From: Burkholderiales bacterium
Lineage (GTDB): Bacteria > Pseudomonadota > Gammaproteobacteria > Burkholderiales > SG8-41
Direction: 5' to 3'
DNA: 64,000 bases
Assembly: GCA_050741255.1 (NCBI GenBank)
Contig: JBOIEQ010000002.1
Location: forward strand, 4,782-68,781
In this document: one piece after another, positions 45,916-55,555 of the stretch
Layout of the letters: every line of letters begins with the position of its first letter
How positions within the stretch are numbered: the stretch's first letter is position 1
Notes under the pieces: generated by a model
Seen by the model: the letters and a program-made list of their open reading frames with translations, nothing else
What the model was told of the DNA's origin: nothing
Database searches by the model: none
Translations under genes and position numbers: made by a program

Positions 45916-46881
45916 GTGACCATGGCAAGAGCCTTCGTGGCGGCGTTCGCGCTTGCGTGCAGCGCGGGCGCATTCGCGCAAACGTTCCCGACCAAATCGA
46001 TCCGCCTCATCGTGCCGCAGACCGCGGGCGGTCAGAACGACATCCAGGCGCGGCTGATCGGCATGAAGCTCACCGAGTCGCTGGGCCAGACCGTGGTGGT
46101 GGACAATCGTCCCGGCGCGGCGGGCGCGATCGGTTTCGAAATCTCCGTCAAGGCGCCCGCCGACGGCTACACGCTCCTGCTCGGCTCGATCAGCACGCTC
46201 GCAGTGCTGCCGTCGATGCCGAACAAACCCGGCTACGACGTGCTGCGCGACTTCGCGCCGGTCACCCTGATCTCCACCTCGCCGTACGTGCTGGTCGTGC
46301 ACCCAGGAGTAGCGGCGAAGTCGGTCGGCGAACTGGTCACCATGGCCAAGGCCAAACCGGGCATGCTGACCTTTGCCTCCAGCGGCACCGGCAGCGGGCT
46401 GCATCTCGCCACCGAGTTGTTCGCGATCCGCAGCGGCGTGAAGCTGATTCATGTCCCCTACAAGGGTTCTGGCCCGGCCACCGTCGATATCGTCGCGGGC
46501 CAGGTGCAGATGATGCTGAACAACATCCTGCCCGCCCTGCCGCACGTGAAGACCGGCCGCCTGCGCGCGCTCGCCGTCACCACCGCCACCCGCTCCGCCG
46601 CCGTGCCGGACCTGCCGACGATCGCCGAATCCGGCTACCCCGGGTATGAGGCGAATTCGTGGCAGGGCATCGTCACGATCGTCCGCACGCCGAAACCGGT
46701 GATGGTCGTCCTGCACCGGGAGATCGTGAAGGCCCTGCAATCCCCGGAGGCCAAAAGCCAGATCGCCGGCCAGGGCAGCGACATCGTTGCAAACACGCCG
46801 GAGGAGTTCACCGTTTTCATCAAGGGCGAGCTGGCCAAGTGGTCCGACGTCATCAAAACCGCCGGCGTGCGCGCCGAATAA
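45916..46881 (+). CDS. Bug family (TctC-like) substrate-binding protein
   Basis: Signal peptide followed by FPTKSIRLIVPQTAGGQND. Confidence 0.85.
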   Translation: MTMARAFVAAFALACSAGAFAQTFPTKSIRLIVPQTAGGQNDIQARLIGMKLTESLGQTVVVDNRPGAAGAIGFEISVKAPADGYTLLLGSISTLAVLPSMPNKPGYDVLRDFAPVTLISTSPYVLVVHPGVAAKSVGELVTMAKAKPGMLTFASSGTGSGLHLATELFAIRSGVKLIHVPYKGSGPATVDIVAGQVQMMLNNILPALPHVKTGRLRALAVTTATRSAAVPDLPTIAESGYPGYEANSWQGIVTIVRTPKPVMVVLHREIVKALQSPEAKSQIAGQGSDIVANTPEEFTVFIKGELAKWSDVIKTAGVRAE

Positions 46882-46907
46882 TTCGTTCTCAACAGTAGGA
46901 GTTACCC

Positions 46908-47873
46908 ATGAAGTGGATGCGATGGACGGCAGGGGCGCTGATCGCCGCCTGCGCGGGCGCGGCAGTCGCCCAGACTTACCCGGCCCGGCCGGTCCGCATG
47001 GTGGTCGGCTTCGCACCCGGCGGCGGCACCGACATCGTCGCCCGCGTGCTCGGCGCCAAACTGTCGGAGTGGTGGGGCCAGCAGGTCGTGGTGGAAAACC
47101 GCGCGGGCGCCACGGGCACCATCGGCGCGGACTTCGTCGCCAAGGCCGCGCCCGACGGCTACACGCTGCTGATGGGGCACGTAAATTCCAACGCCATCGC
47201 GCCGACGCTGTTCAAGAAGCTGCCCTATGAATCGCCGAAAGACTTCGCGGCGATCACCTACGTCGGCTACGTGCCCAACGTGCTGACCGTGCATCCATCG
47301 CTGCCGGTGAAAACCGTGAAGGAACTCACCGCGCTGGCGAAAGCGAAGCCGGGTGAACTGACCTGCGCGTCCTCCGGCACCGGCAGCACCCAGCATCTCG
47401 CGCTGGAGATGTACATGACGCTGACCGGCGTGAAGATCATCCACGTGCCGTACAAGGGCAGCGGGCAGGCCATCGTCGACCTCGTCGCCGGCCAGGTCGG
47501 CATGAACTTCGATACCATGCCGCCGGTCATCGACCACATCCGGGGCGGGCGGCTGCGCGCGCTGGCGGTCACCACGCCCAAACGTGCGGCGCAATTGCCG
47601 GACGTCCCGACGCTGGAGGAAACCGGGCTGAAAGGCTTCGAGATGACGAACTGGTACGGCGTCGTGGGGCCTGCCGCCGTGCCTAAGGACATCATCGCCA
47701 AGGTCAATGCCGACCTCAACAAGGCGTTGCAGGATCCGACCGTGCGCAAACGGCTGGTGGATGTCGGTACCGAGATCAGCGGCGGCACCCCGGAGGCTTT
47801 CGACGCCTTCATCCGCAGCGAGATCGTGAAGTACACCAAGCTCGTGAAGGCGGCGAACGTCACCGTCGAGTAA
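46908..47873 (+). CDS. Bug family (TctC-like) substrate-binding protein
   Basis: Signal peptide followed by YPARPVRMVVGFAPGGGTD. Confidence 0.85.
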   Translation: MKWMRWTAGALIAACAGAAVAQTYPARPVRMVVGFAPGGGTDIVARVLGAKLSEWWGQQVVVENRAGATGTIGADFVAKAAPDGYTLLMGHVNSNAIAPTLFKKLPYESPKDFAAITYVGYVPNVLTVHPSLPVKTVKELTALAKAKPGELTCASSGTGSTQHLALEMYMTLTGVKIIHVPYKGSGQAIVDLVAGQVGMNFDTMPPVIDHIRGGRLRALAVTTPKRAAQLPDVPTLEETGLKGFEMTNWYGVVGPAAVPKDIIAKVNADLNKALQDPTVRKRLVDVGTEISGGTPEAFDAFIRSEIVKYTKLVKAANVTVE

Positions 47874-47914
47874 GGGTCTGCGGGCGGGGGCGGGGCACGG
47901 TTAGAATCCGGGCC

Positions 47915-48703
47915 ATGAATGCCCCCGCTGCACCCGTGCTCGTCGCCCGCGACGGTGCGATCGCCACCGTCACCCTCAACCACCCGGAGCGCCTGAACGC
48001 GCTCAACCGCGCGATGTGGGTCGGGCTCGGCGACACGATGCGCGCCTTGTCCGCGGACGACGCAATGCGCTGCGTGGTGCTGCGCGGCGCGGGCCACAAG
48101 GCCTTCGCTGCCGGCGCCGACATCGCCGAGTTCGCCACCGAGCGCGCGGACCGCGCGCAGGCCAGCGGCTACGGCAACCTCATCCACGCGACCATGCAGG
48201 CGGTCGCGCGCTGCCGCCATCCGGTCGTTGCGCTGATCGAGGGCGCCTGCGTCGGCGGCGGTCTCGAAATCGCGGCGTGTTGCGACTTCCGCGTCTGCGG
48301 CGAATCCAGCCGCTTCGGCGTGCCGATCGCCAAACTGGGTTTGACGATGGGTTACGGCGAACTGCAGGGCCTGCTCGCGCTCGTGGGGAAAGCCGTCGCC
48401 ACCGAGATCCTGCTCGAAGGCCGGGTGTTCGATGCGCGGGAAGCGCTCGCCAAGCGTCTCGTCAACCGGGTCGTGCCCGACGACGCCGTCGAGCGCGAGT
48501 CCTACGCGCTCGCGCAGCGCATCGCGGACGGCGCGCCCCTCGTCGCGCGGTGGCACAAGCAGTACATCGCCCGCCTGGGCGTCATCCCGGAGGTCGGCCC
48601 CGCGGAATGGGAAGAGGGTTTCGCCTGCTTCGACACCGGGGACTACCGCGAAGGCGTTGCGGCCTTTCTCGCCAAACGCAAACCCGCGTTCAGCGGCCGG
48701 TAA
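47915..48703 (+). CDS. Enoyl-CoA hydratase/isomerase family protein
   Basis: VVLRGAGHKAFAAGADIAEF and GACVGGGLEIAACCDFRV. It is colinear by eye with 23012..23797. Confidence 0.85.
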   Translation: MNAPAAPVLVARDGAIATVTLNHPERLNALNRAMWVGLGDTMRALSADDAMRCVVLRGAGHKAFAAGADIAEFATERADRAQASGYGNLIHATMQAVARCRHPVVALIEGACVGGGLEIAACCDFRVCGESSRFGVPIAKLGLTMGYGELQGLLALVGKAVATEILLEGRVFDAREALAKRLVNRVVPDDAVERESYALAQRIADGAPLVARWHKQYIARLGVIPEVGPAEWEEGFACFDTGDYREGVAAFLAKRKPAFSGR

Positions 48704-48707
48704 GCGC

Positions 48708-49508
48708 ATGTCCGGGCTTTGCAGACGGTGTTGCGGCGTGGCGTTGCTGCTCCTCGCGCTGCCATTGTATGCGCAGGGCGATACCGAACTCGAACGGCGC
48801 AGCGCGGAGGACATCCGGCAGACTGTTATCGTCGGCGAACCGCTGTCGCTGCAACGGCCCGCCGGCGGGCCTTTCTTCGCCATCCTTACACCCGCGGCCG
48901 AAGTCCGCGGCGCACCCGCGGCCGAAGTCCGCGGCGCGCCGGCCGCCAAACCGCGCGGCGGTGTCGTGCTGGTGCACGGCCTGGGCGCGCATCCGGACTG
49001 GGGACTCATCAGCACGCTGCGCACCCAGTTGCCGGCGGCCGGCTACACCACCCTGTCCATACAGATGCCGCTGCTGCCGGAAAACAGCCGGCCGGAGGAT
49101 TACGCGGCGGTGTTCCCCGACGCGGTCACGCGCCTGCGTGCAGCGGTCGCCTTCCTGCGCGCATCCGGACTGGAGAAGGTGGCGGTCGTTTCCTACGACC
49201 TGGGCGGACGCATGGTGAACCACTTCCTCGTGCGCGAAGCACAGCCGGGCGTCAACGCCTGGGCGTCCATCGCCATCTCCGGCGGCGTATTCACCGACGC
49301 TGCCAGGTTGCGCCTGCCGGTGCTGGACCTGTACGCGGAACGCGACTATCCGCCGCTCGTGCAGAACGCCGAGAAGCGCGCGGGCGACATCCGGCTGCTG
49401 CGCGGATCCGCGCAGGTCGAAGTCGCGGGCGCCAATCATCTGTTCGATGGCCGCGAGGCGCAGATGGTGGGCCACGTGCGGACCTGGCTCGACCGCGTCT
49501 TCCGGTAA
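48708..49508 (+). CDS. Alpha/beta hydrolase-like secreted protein (DUF3530-like)
   Basis: Internal ATG of ORF 48432..49508. It has a signal peptide and VVLVHGLGAHPDWGLISTLRTQLPAAGYTTLSIQMP. Confidence 0.6.
   Translation: MSGLCRRCCGVALLLLALPLYAQGDTELERRSAEDIRQTVIVGEPLSLQRPAGGPFFAILTPAAEVRGAPAAEVRGAPAAKPRGGVVLVHGLGAHPDWGLISTLRTQLPAAGYTTLSIQMPLLPENSRPEDYAAVFPDAVTRLRAAVAFLRASGLEKVAVVSYDLGGRMVNHFLVREAQPGVNAWASIAISGGVFTDAARLRLPVLDLYAERDYPPLVQNAEKRAGDIRLLRGSAQVEVAGANHLFDGREAQMVGHVRTWLDRVFR
48891..48938 (+). repeat. In-frame 24-nt tandem duplication (PAAEVRGA x2)
   Basis: CCCGCGGCCGAAGTCCGCGGCGCA is followed directly by CCCGCGGCCGAAGTCCGCGGCGCG. Confidence 0.9.
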
Positions 49509-49595
49509 GCCCGCGCAGCAGGTGCCTGCCGTCCGCGCACGCACCAGCCGTTACAATTGCGGTCTTTTCGCACCCGGTTCAGCCAGGAGAAGACC

Positions 49596-50576
49596 ATGCG
49601 CGCCTTGACCTCCACCGCGCTCACAATGGTGACGATTGCCGCTGCCGCGCTCGCAGCCTCCAGCGCCGCGCTCGCCCAGACTTACCCCAGCAAGCCCGTG
49701 CGCGTCATCGTGCCGTTCCCGCCGGGCGCGGGCGTGGACATCGTCACCCGCATCGTCACGCCGCGGCTGTCGGAACAGATGGGCCAGCAATTCGTCGCGG
49801 ACAACCGCGCGGGCGCGGGCGGCATCGTGGGCGCCGAAGTCGCGGCCAAGGCGCCGGCGGACGGCTACAACCTGCTGATGGGCACCGCCGGGCTGCTGAC
49901 CGTCGTGCCGGTGATGAGCAAGGTGTCCTACAACGTCGCACGCGATTTCATGCCGATCACCCTGGTCGCCTCGGTGCCCAGCCTGCTCGTCGTGCATCCG
50001 ACGCTGCCGGTCAAGACCATGAAAGAACTGGTCGCACTCGCGCGCGCGAAGCCCGGCGCGATCAACTACGCCTCCACCGGCAGCGGCACCCTGCCCCATC
50101 TCACCGCGGAACTGTTCCGGCTGCAGACCGGCGTCAACATCGTGCACATCCCCTACAAGGGCAGCGCCCCCGCCATGACGGATCTGCTCGGCGGCCACGT
50201 GGAGATGTTCTTCGGCAACATGCTGTCCGTCATTCCGCAGGTCCGCGAGAACAAGCTGCGTGCGCTGGTGATCACGACCAAGCAGCGCTCGCCCGCCGCG
50301 CCGAACATCCCGACGGTCGCCGAGGCCGGCTATCCCGGCCTGGAGGCCGAGACGTGGTTCGGTCTGCTCGCGCCGGCGGGCACGCCGAAGGAGGCCATCG
50401 CGAAGGTGCATGATGAGTTGATCAAGGCGCTGCGGCATCCCGACACGCAGCGCATGCTCGCCGACCAGGGCGCCATCCCCATCGGCAATACCCCGGAGCA
50501 GTTCGCCGCCTACATCCAGGCGGAGACCCGCAAATGGGAGAAAGTATTGAAAGCATCCGGAGTGCGTGCGGAATGA
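49596..50576 (+). CDS. Bug family (TctC-like) substrate-binding protein
   Basis: Internal ATG of ORF 49557..50576. Signal peptide followed by YPSKPVRVIVPFPPGAGVD. Confidence 0.85.
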   Translation: MRALTSTALTMVTIAAAALAASSAALAQTYPSKPVRVIVPFPPGAGVDIVTRIVTPRLSEQMGQQFVADNRAGAGGIVGAEVAAKAPADGYNLLMGTAGLLTVVPVMSKVSYNVARDFMPITLVASVPSLLVVHPTLPVKTMKELVALARAKPGAINYASTGSGTLPHLTAELFRLQTGVNIVHIPYKGSAPAMTDLLGGHVEMFFGNMLSVIPQVRENKLRALVITTKQRSPAAPNIPTVAEAGYPGLEAETWFGLLAPAGTPKEAIAKVHDELIKALRHPDTQRMLADQGAIPIGNTPEQFAAYIQAETRKWEKVLKASGVRAE

Positions 50577-51922
50577 AGGATGACGACAAGGACGTCACCG
50601 CCACCCTCGCCCGCTTCCTCGTACAGTCTCGCTACGAGGATATTCCCGCGCCGGTCCGGCACGAGGCCGCCCGCGCGGTGCTGAACTGGCTGGGCTGCGC
50701 GATCGGCGCCGCCAACCACGAAACAATCGAATACGCCTGGGCGGCGCTCGCCCCCTTTGCCGGCGCGGAGCAGGCGTCGCTCGTCGGCCGCCGCGAACGC
50801 ACCGACGTACTGCACGCGGCGATGATCAACGGCATCAGCTCGCACGTGCTGGACTTCGACGACACGCACGCGCGCACCGTGCATCCCAGCGCGCCGGTGC
50901 TGCCGGCGATCCTGGCGTTGTCGGAATGGAAGAAGCTGGGCGGCGCGCAGTTCGTGCACGCCTTCGTGCTCGGCGTGGACGCGGAATGCCGCGTCGGCAT
51001 TTCCGTGTTCCCCGAGCATTACAACGTCGGCTGGCACATCACCGGCACCGCCGGGGTGTTCGGCGCCGCCGCGGCCACCGGCAAACTGCTGGGCCTGAAC
51101 GAACAGCAGATGCGGTGGGCGCTCGGCATCGCCGCCACCCAGTCCTCGGGACTGCGCGAGATGTTCGGCACCATGTGCAAGAGCTTTCACCCGGGACACG
51201 CCGCGCGCAACGGCCTCATCGCCGCGCAGCTGGCCTCGAAGAACTTCACGAGTTCGGAACGCGCGATCGAGGCCCCGCGCGGCTTCGGCCACGTACTGTC
51301 CACGAAGTTCGACCCGACCATGATCACCGGCGATCTGGGGCGGCGCTACGAACTTTCTTCGAACATGTACAAACCCTACGCCTGCGGCCTGGTCGTGCAT
51401 GCCTCGATCGACGGCTGCGTCGAGCTGCGGCGCGAGCATCAGCTGAAACCGGAAGACATCGAGCGGGTGGACCTCATTGTGTGGCCGATGGTGCTCGAGC
51501 TCACCGGCAACCAGAAACCGCGGACCGGCCTCGAAGGCAAGTTCAGCATCTACCACGCTGCCGCGATCGCGCTGATTTACGGCACGGCGAACGAGTCCGA
51601 GTTCAGCGAATCCGTCGTGCGCGATCCGCGCGTGACTGCCCTGCGCGATCGCGTCACTGCGACGGCAGATGCGTCCGTGGGCAAGCTCGAAGCGCACGTG
51701 AAGATCACGCTGCGCAACGGCACGGTGCTGACCCGCCACGTCCCCCACGCGCTGGGCACCGTGCAGCGCCCGATGAGCGACGCCGATCTCGAAAACAAGT
51801 TCCGCGGCCTCGTCACCGGTGTGCTGCCGCCGGCGCAGATCGAGGAAGTGATTGGTCTGTGCTGGAAAGTCGGCGATCTCGACGACGTCGGCAAGCTCGC
51901 CCGCGCCGCGGTCCCCCGCTAA
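50573..51922 (+). CDS. MmgE/PrpD family protein
   Basis: Internal ATG of ORF 50534..51922, with an ATGA overlap on the Bug gene stop. LARFLVQSRYEDIPAPVRHEAARAVLNWLGCAIGA and DFDDTH are PrpD-family signatures. Confidence 0.85.
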   Translation: MKDDDKDVTATLARFLVQSRYEDIPAPVRHEAARAVLNWLGCAIGAANHETIEYAWAALAPFAGAEQASLVGRRERTDVLHAAMINGISSHVLDFDDTHARTVHPSAPVLPAILALSEWKKLGGAQFVHAFVLGVDAECRVGISVFPEHYNVGWHITGTAGVFGAAAATGKLLGLNEQQMRWALGIAATQSSGLREMFGTMCKSFHPGHAARNGLIAAQLASKNFTSSERAIEAPRGFGHVLSTKFDPTMITGDLGRRYELSSNMYKPYACGLVVHASIDGCVELRREHQLKPEDIERVDLIVWPMVLELTGNQKPRTGLEGKFSIYHAAAIALIYGTANESEFSESVVRDPRVTALRDRVTATADASVGKLEAHVKITLRNGTVLTRHVPHALGTVQRPMSDADLENKFRGLVTGVLPPAQIEEVIGLCWKVGDLDDVGKLARAAVPR

Positions 51923-51941
51923 CCCTCCGGAGCATCAAGCC

Positions 51942-52535
51942 TTGAAGAAAAGCGTCATCTACTTCCATTCCCTGTCCTCGCCCTGGGCCTATCTGGGCTG
52001 GCCGCGCTTTCAGGCGCTGATCAAAAAACACGATCTCGACGTGGTGGTGCGTCCCACGCGCATCGTTCAACCCAACGGCGGCATTCCGCTGCGCAGCCGG
52101 CCCGATGCGCGCCAGCGTTATCACGAGGTGGAACTCGACCGCTGGCGCAAGCGCCTCAACATGCCGCTCGTGCTGCGGCCCAAGCACTACCCGACGCAAA
52201 ACGAATTCTCCGCACGCATGGTGATCGCCGCCGACAAGCTCGGCTGGGACGCGCTGGCGCTGAGCCACGCACTGCTGTACGCGCTGTGGAGCGAGGAACT
52301 GGACGTCAAGGACGCGAACGTGCGCGTGGCTGTCGCAAACAAGCTCGGCCTCGATGGCGCGAAACTGCTCGCGATGCAGGACACGCCCGAGATGATGGAC
52401 GCCTGGCGCGCGAGCGAGCAGGAAGCGGAGTCGTACGGCGTCTTCGGCACGCCAACCTGGGTGTTCAACAAGACGCTGTTCTGGGGCCAGGACCGGCTGG
52501 AGTTTCTGGACGAGGCGCTGAGCGCCGCGAAGTAG
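51942..52535 (+). CDS. 2-hydroxychromene-2-carboxylate isomerase / DsbA-like thioredoxin-fold protein
   Basis: A TTG start at 51942 is proposed because the ATG at 51852 would overlap the PrpD gene by 70 nt. YFHSLSSPWAYLG is the N-terminal motif of the HCCA isomerase family. Confidence 0.65.
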   Translation: MKKSVIYFHSLSSPWAYLGWPRFQALIKKHDLDVVVRPTRIVQPNGGIPLRSRPDARQRYHEVELDRWRKRLNMPLVLRPKHYPTQNEFSARMVIAADKLGWDALALSHALLYALWSEELDVKDANVRVAVANKLGLDGAKLLAMQDTPEMMDAWRASEQEAESYGVFGTPTWVFNKTLFWGQDRLEFLDEALSAAK

Positions 52536-52615
52536 GCGCCGCGCCGCCCGCAAAAGTTCTTGTTAAGCCTACTGAATCTATTGCATATTCACGGACGCAG
52601 AATGAGGAACTCCTG

Positions 52616-53599
52616 GTGACCAGCAAATTGTCGATTGAGATGCTCCTGCTCGGGGCATCGTTAGTGGCGAGCGGCGCGGCGCACGCGCAGCAACCGTACC
52701 CTAACCGGCCCATCCGCCTGGTCGTGCCGTTCGCGACCGGCGGCGGTACCGATATCTCGGGACGCACGATCGCCAGCAAGCTGTCCGAGCGACTGAATCA
52801 GAACGTCGTCGTCGACAATCGCGCGGGCGCCGGCGGCAACCTCGGCATCGAACTCGTCGCCAAGGCCGCGCCCGACGGCTACACGCTGCTGATCGTGTCG
52901 AGCGGCTATGCCGCCAATCCGAGCCTTTACAAACTGTCGTACGACCCGGTGACCGGCTTCGAGCCCATCACGCAGGTGAGCCAGCAGCCGTTCCTGGTCG
53001 TGACGAATGCCAAGGTGCCGATCAAGACGATCAAGGAACTGATCGCGTACGCCAAGGCGAATCCCGGCAAGCTCAATTACTCGTCGGCGGGCGTGGGCGG
53101 TAGCCAGCATCTCGCGGTGGAGTTGTTCAAGGGCATGGCCGGTGTCGATATCGTGCACGTCCCCTACAAGGGCGGCGCGTCGAACATGGTCGACCTGCTG
53201 TCCAACCAGGTGCAGCTCGATTTCGGCACCATCATCTCGACCCTGCCCATGGTCAGGAACGGCCAGCTGCGGCCGCTCGCGGTCACCACCACGGTGCGCG
53301 CAACCGCGCTGCCCGAGGTGCCGACGGTCTCGGAGTCCGGTGTCCCGGGCTATTCCGTCAGCGGCTGGAACGCGATCCTCGCGCCGGCAAAGACGCCGCG
53401 CGACATCGTTGTACTCCTCAACCGCGAGATCGTGGCGCTGCTGCAGGCGCCGGACGTCAGGGAGCGTTACGCGACGGACGGCAGCATGATCGTGGCCGGC
53501 ACGCCGCAGCAACTGGCCGAGCATATCCGGGTGGAGGTTGCGAAGTGGGCCAAGCTCATCCAGGAACGCAACATCAAGCTTGAAACCGCGAGCCGCTGA
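52616..53599 (+). CDS. Bug family (TctC-like) substrate-binding protein
   Basis: GTG start 52616 with GAGGA 7 nt upstream. Signal peptide followed by YPNRPIRLVVPFATGGGTD. Confidence 0.8.
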   Translation: MTSKLSIEMLLLGASLVASGAAHAQQPYPNRPIRLVVPFATGGGTDISGRTIASKLSERLNQNVVVDNRAGAGGNLGIELVAKAAPDGYTLLIVSSGYAANPSLYKLSYDPVTGFEPITQVSQQPFLVVTNAKVPIKTIKELIAYAKANPGKLNYSSAGVGGSQHLAVELFKGMAGVDIVHVPYKGGASNMVDLLSNQVQLDFGTIISTLPMVRNGQLRPLAVTTTVRATALPEVPTVSESGVPGYSVSGWNAILAPAKTPRDIVVLLNREIVALLQAPDVRERYATDGSMIVAGTPQQLAEHIRVEVAKWAKLIQERNIKLETASR

Positions 53600-53650
53600 G
53601 CGCCCGCGGGCGAATTGCCGGATCGACAGAAAACCAGACAGGGAGAGGGA

Positions 53651-54652
53651 ATGAAGCTGTGCAGTTATGAAATCCAGGGACTGACGCGAGTCGGGGTGAT
53701 ACTCGACAAGGATCGCCTGGCCGATGCCACCATCGCTTGCGCCGCATACCTGCATGTCCAGGGAGAAACCAAGGCCTACGCGCTGGCGGATGTACTGACG
53801 CCCCCCTCCATGCTGGCGATCATCGAAGGCGGTGCTTCTTCCCTGGATGCGCTGCGCAAGGCCGAGCAATATGCAAAAGCCAACCCGCAGGCCTCGGGTC
53901 CGCGCGGGGAAAAGCTCTTTCACGCGATCAAGGAGGTGCGGCTGAAAGCACCTGTACCCCGGCCACCGAAAATCCTCGGCCCGAACTGGAATTCGAAGGA
54001 AGACCAGGCGCGGATCATCCGGCCGCCCGGCGAACCGCATCCTTTCTATGCGATCAAGCTGAGTACCGCGGTCACCGGACCCTTCGACCCGATCGAGATT
54101 CCGGACATCGGTGGCGTCATCTCCGAGGTGGAAGCGGCGTTGATCATCGGGAAAAAAGGCAAGAACATCCCCGAGAACAAGGCGGCGGAGTACATCTTCG
54201 GCTACACGGTGGCCAACGATCTGACCGCCCTCGACATGCGGGACAAGCAGGAATGGGTGCTGGTGAAGTCCCCCACCGGCGGCGAACAGATCCGGATTTC
54301 CTCGGCCGCCCGCTACAAGTGTCTCGACACCTTCTGTCCCATGGGACCCTGGCTGGTGACGGCGGATGAAATCGACATCCATAACTGCCGCATGGACGCC
54401 CGCGTCGACGGCGAACTCGACCAGACGGGAACGACCGCGGACATGGTCTTCAACTTCTTCCAGCTGATCGCCTACTTCTCCAAGGCGCACACGCTCGAGC
54501 CCGGTGACGTGATCCTCAGCGCCACCACGCCTCTCGCGCCGGAAAGAAAGAAAGCCAAGCTCGGAAAAATCGATATCAACAACGGCAAGAAAGTGCTGGA
54601 GTCGGAAATCGAGGGAATCGGCGTGATCCGCAACCCGATCAAGCGCGTATGA
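53651..54652 (+). CDS. Fumarylacetoacetate hydrolase (FAH) family protein
   Basis: Internal ATG of ORF 53615..54652. EVEAALIIGKKGKNI, GYTVANDLTA and GDVILSATT are FAH-fold motifs. Confidence 0.8.
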   Translation: MKLCSYEIQGLTRVGVILDKDRLADATIACAAYLHVQGETKAYALADVLTPPSMLAIIEGGASSLDALRKAEQYAKANPQASGPRGEKLFHAIKEVRLKAPVPRPPKILGPNWNSKEDQARIIRPPGEPHPFYAIKLSTAVTGPFDPIEIPDIGGVISEVEAALIIGKKGKNIPENKAAEYIFGYTVANDLTALDMRDKQEWVLVKSPTGGEQIRISSAARYKCLDTFCPMGPWLVTADEIDIHNCRMDARVDGELDQTGTTADMVFNFFQLIAYFSKAHTLEPGDVILSATTPLAPERKKAKLGKIDINNGKKVLESEIEGIGVIRNPIKRV

Positions 54653-54699
54653 CACCGGGCGGCGGCCGGTTCTCGGTTTCGAAGCGCTGACTGGTCGGC

Positions 54700-55272
54700 T
54701 TAGCCCGCGTCCGACACAGTCTCCCGCACCTCCCGCGCCCACCGCCACACCAGAAACCCCAGCGCCCCCGCGATTACGATCCACGCGATTACACGCAACG
54801 CGTTCGCGAGCGTGATGTCTTGGTTGAGCAGTCCCCAACGCAGCAGGATCGTGTTCCAGTCATGCTGGGGATCCTTGCCGAAGCCCGCGAGCGGCAGCAC
54901 CCGCGCGCGCGCATCCGCCATATAGATCGCCACGCTCAGCAGGCTCTGTCCCAGCCAGATGCTGCTGAGCCCGTACGACATCGTCCAGCGGCGACGCCAG
55001 AACTCGAACATGCAGATCAGCGGAAAGACGATCTGCGCGAACGTACCGCCGTAGACGGCCAGACGATTGCTGAACATACCGACGAGGGGATGTCCCGCTT
55101 CGTGCACGGCGAAGTTGGCGTCGTCCACCAGCGGCACCCAGCCGCCGGCGAAAAACGCGCGATACGCGATGAAGCCCGCGAACGCGAAAGCAAAGATCAG
55201 CCCGCCCGTCGGCACCGGATTCCACGGCCGCGTATTGGTCCAGGCGATGTCGTCTGCGATGCGCATGAACAC
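54700..55272 (-). CDS. Hypothetical polytopic membrane protein with HExxH motif
   Basis: 190 aa with about 5 hydrophobic helices. HEAGH sits at the start of a helix. No family was recognised. Confidence 0.5.
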   Translation of the reverse strand: MFMRIADDIAWTNTRPWNPVPTGGLIFAFAFAGFIAYRAFFAGGWVPLVDDANFAVHEAGHPLVGMFSNRLAVYGGTFAQIVFPLICMFEFWRRRWTMSYGLSSIWLGQSLLSVAIYMADARARVLPLAGFGKDPQHDWNTILLRWGLLNQDITLANALRVIAWIVIAGALGFLVWRWAREVRETVSDAG

Positions 55273-55390
55273 GGTCAGCCGCTTCCTACAGGGTAAACGC
55301 CGGGACCCCGACAGGCCGCCGACAGCGCGCTCTCCAGAATGCAGGCATCAGGCGGGCAATGGTAACCCGTCCTTTTGAAGGGGTCCGACC

Positions 55391-55546
55391 ATGATCTCCA
55401 CCATCCTGCTGGTTGTGCTGGTTCTGCTGCTGATCGGGGCGTTGCCGACGTGGTCGTACAGCGGCTCCTGGGGCTACTACCCGAGCGGCGGGCTGGGCCT
55501 GCTGGTGCTCATCCTGCTAATCCTGCTGCTCACTGGGCGCATTTAG
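55391..55546 (+). CDS. DUF3309 family small membrane protein (51 aa, not in the supplied ORF track)
   Basis: ATG 55391 to TAG 55544-55546 encodes MISTILLVVLVLLLIGALPTWSYSGSWGYYPSGGLGLLVLILLILLLTGRI. This matches the DUF3309 pattern (LGALP.W..S..WGY.PSGGLG). An AAGGGG RBS is present. Confidence 0.7.
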   Translation: MISTILLVVLVLLLIGALPTWSYSGSWGYYPSGGLGLLVLILLILLLTGRI

Positions 55547-55555
55547 GGGAGCCGC

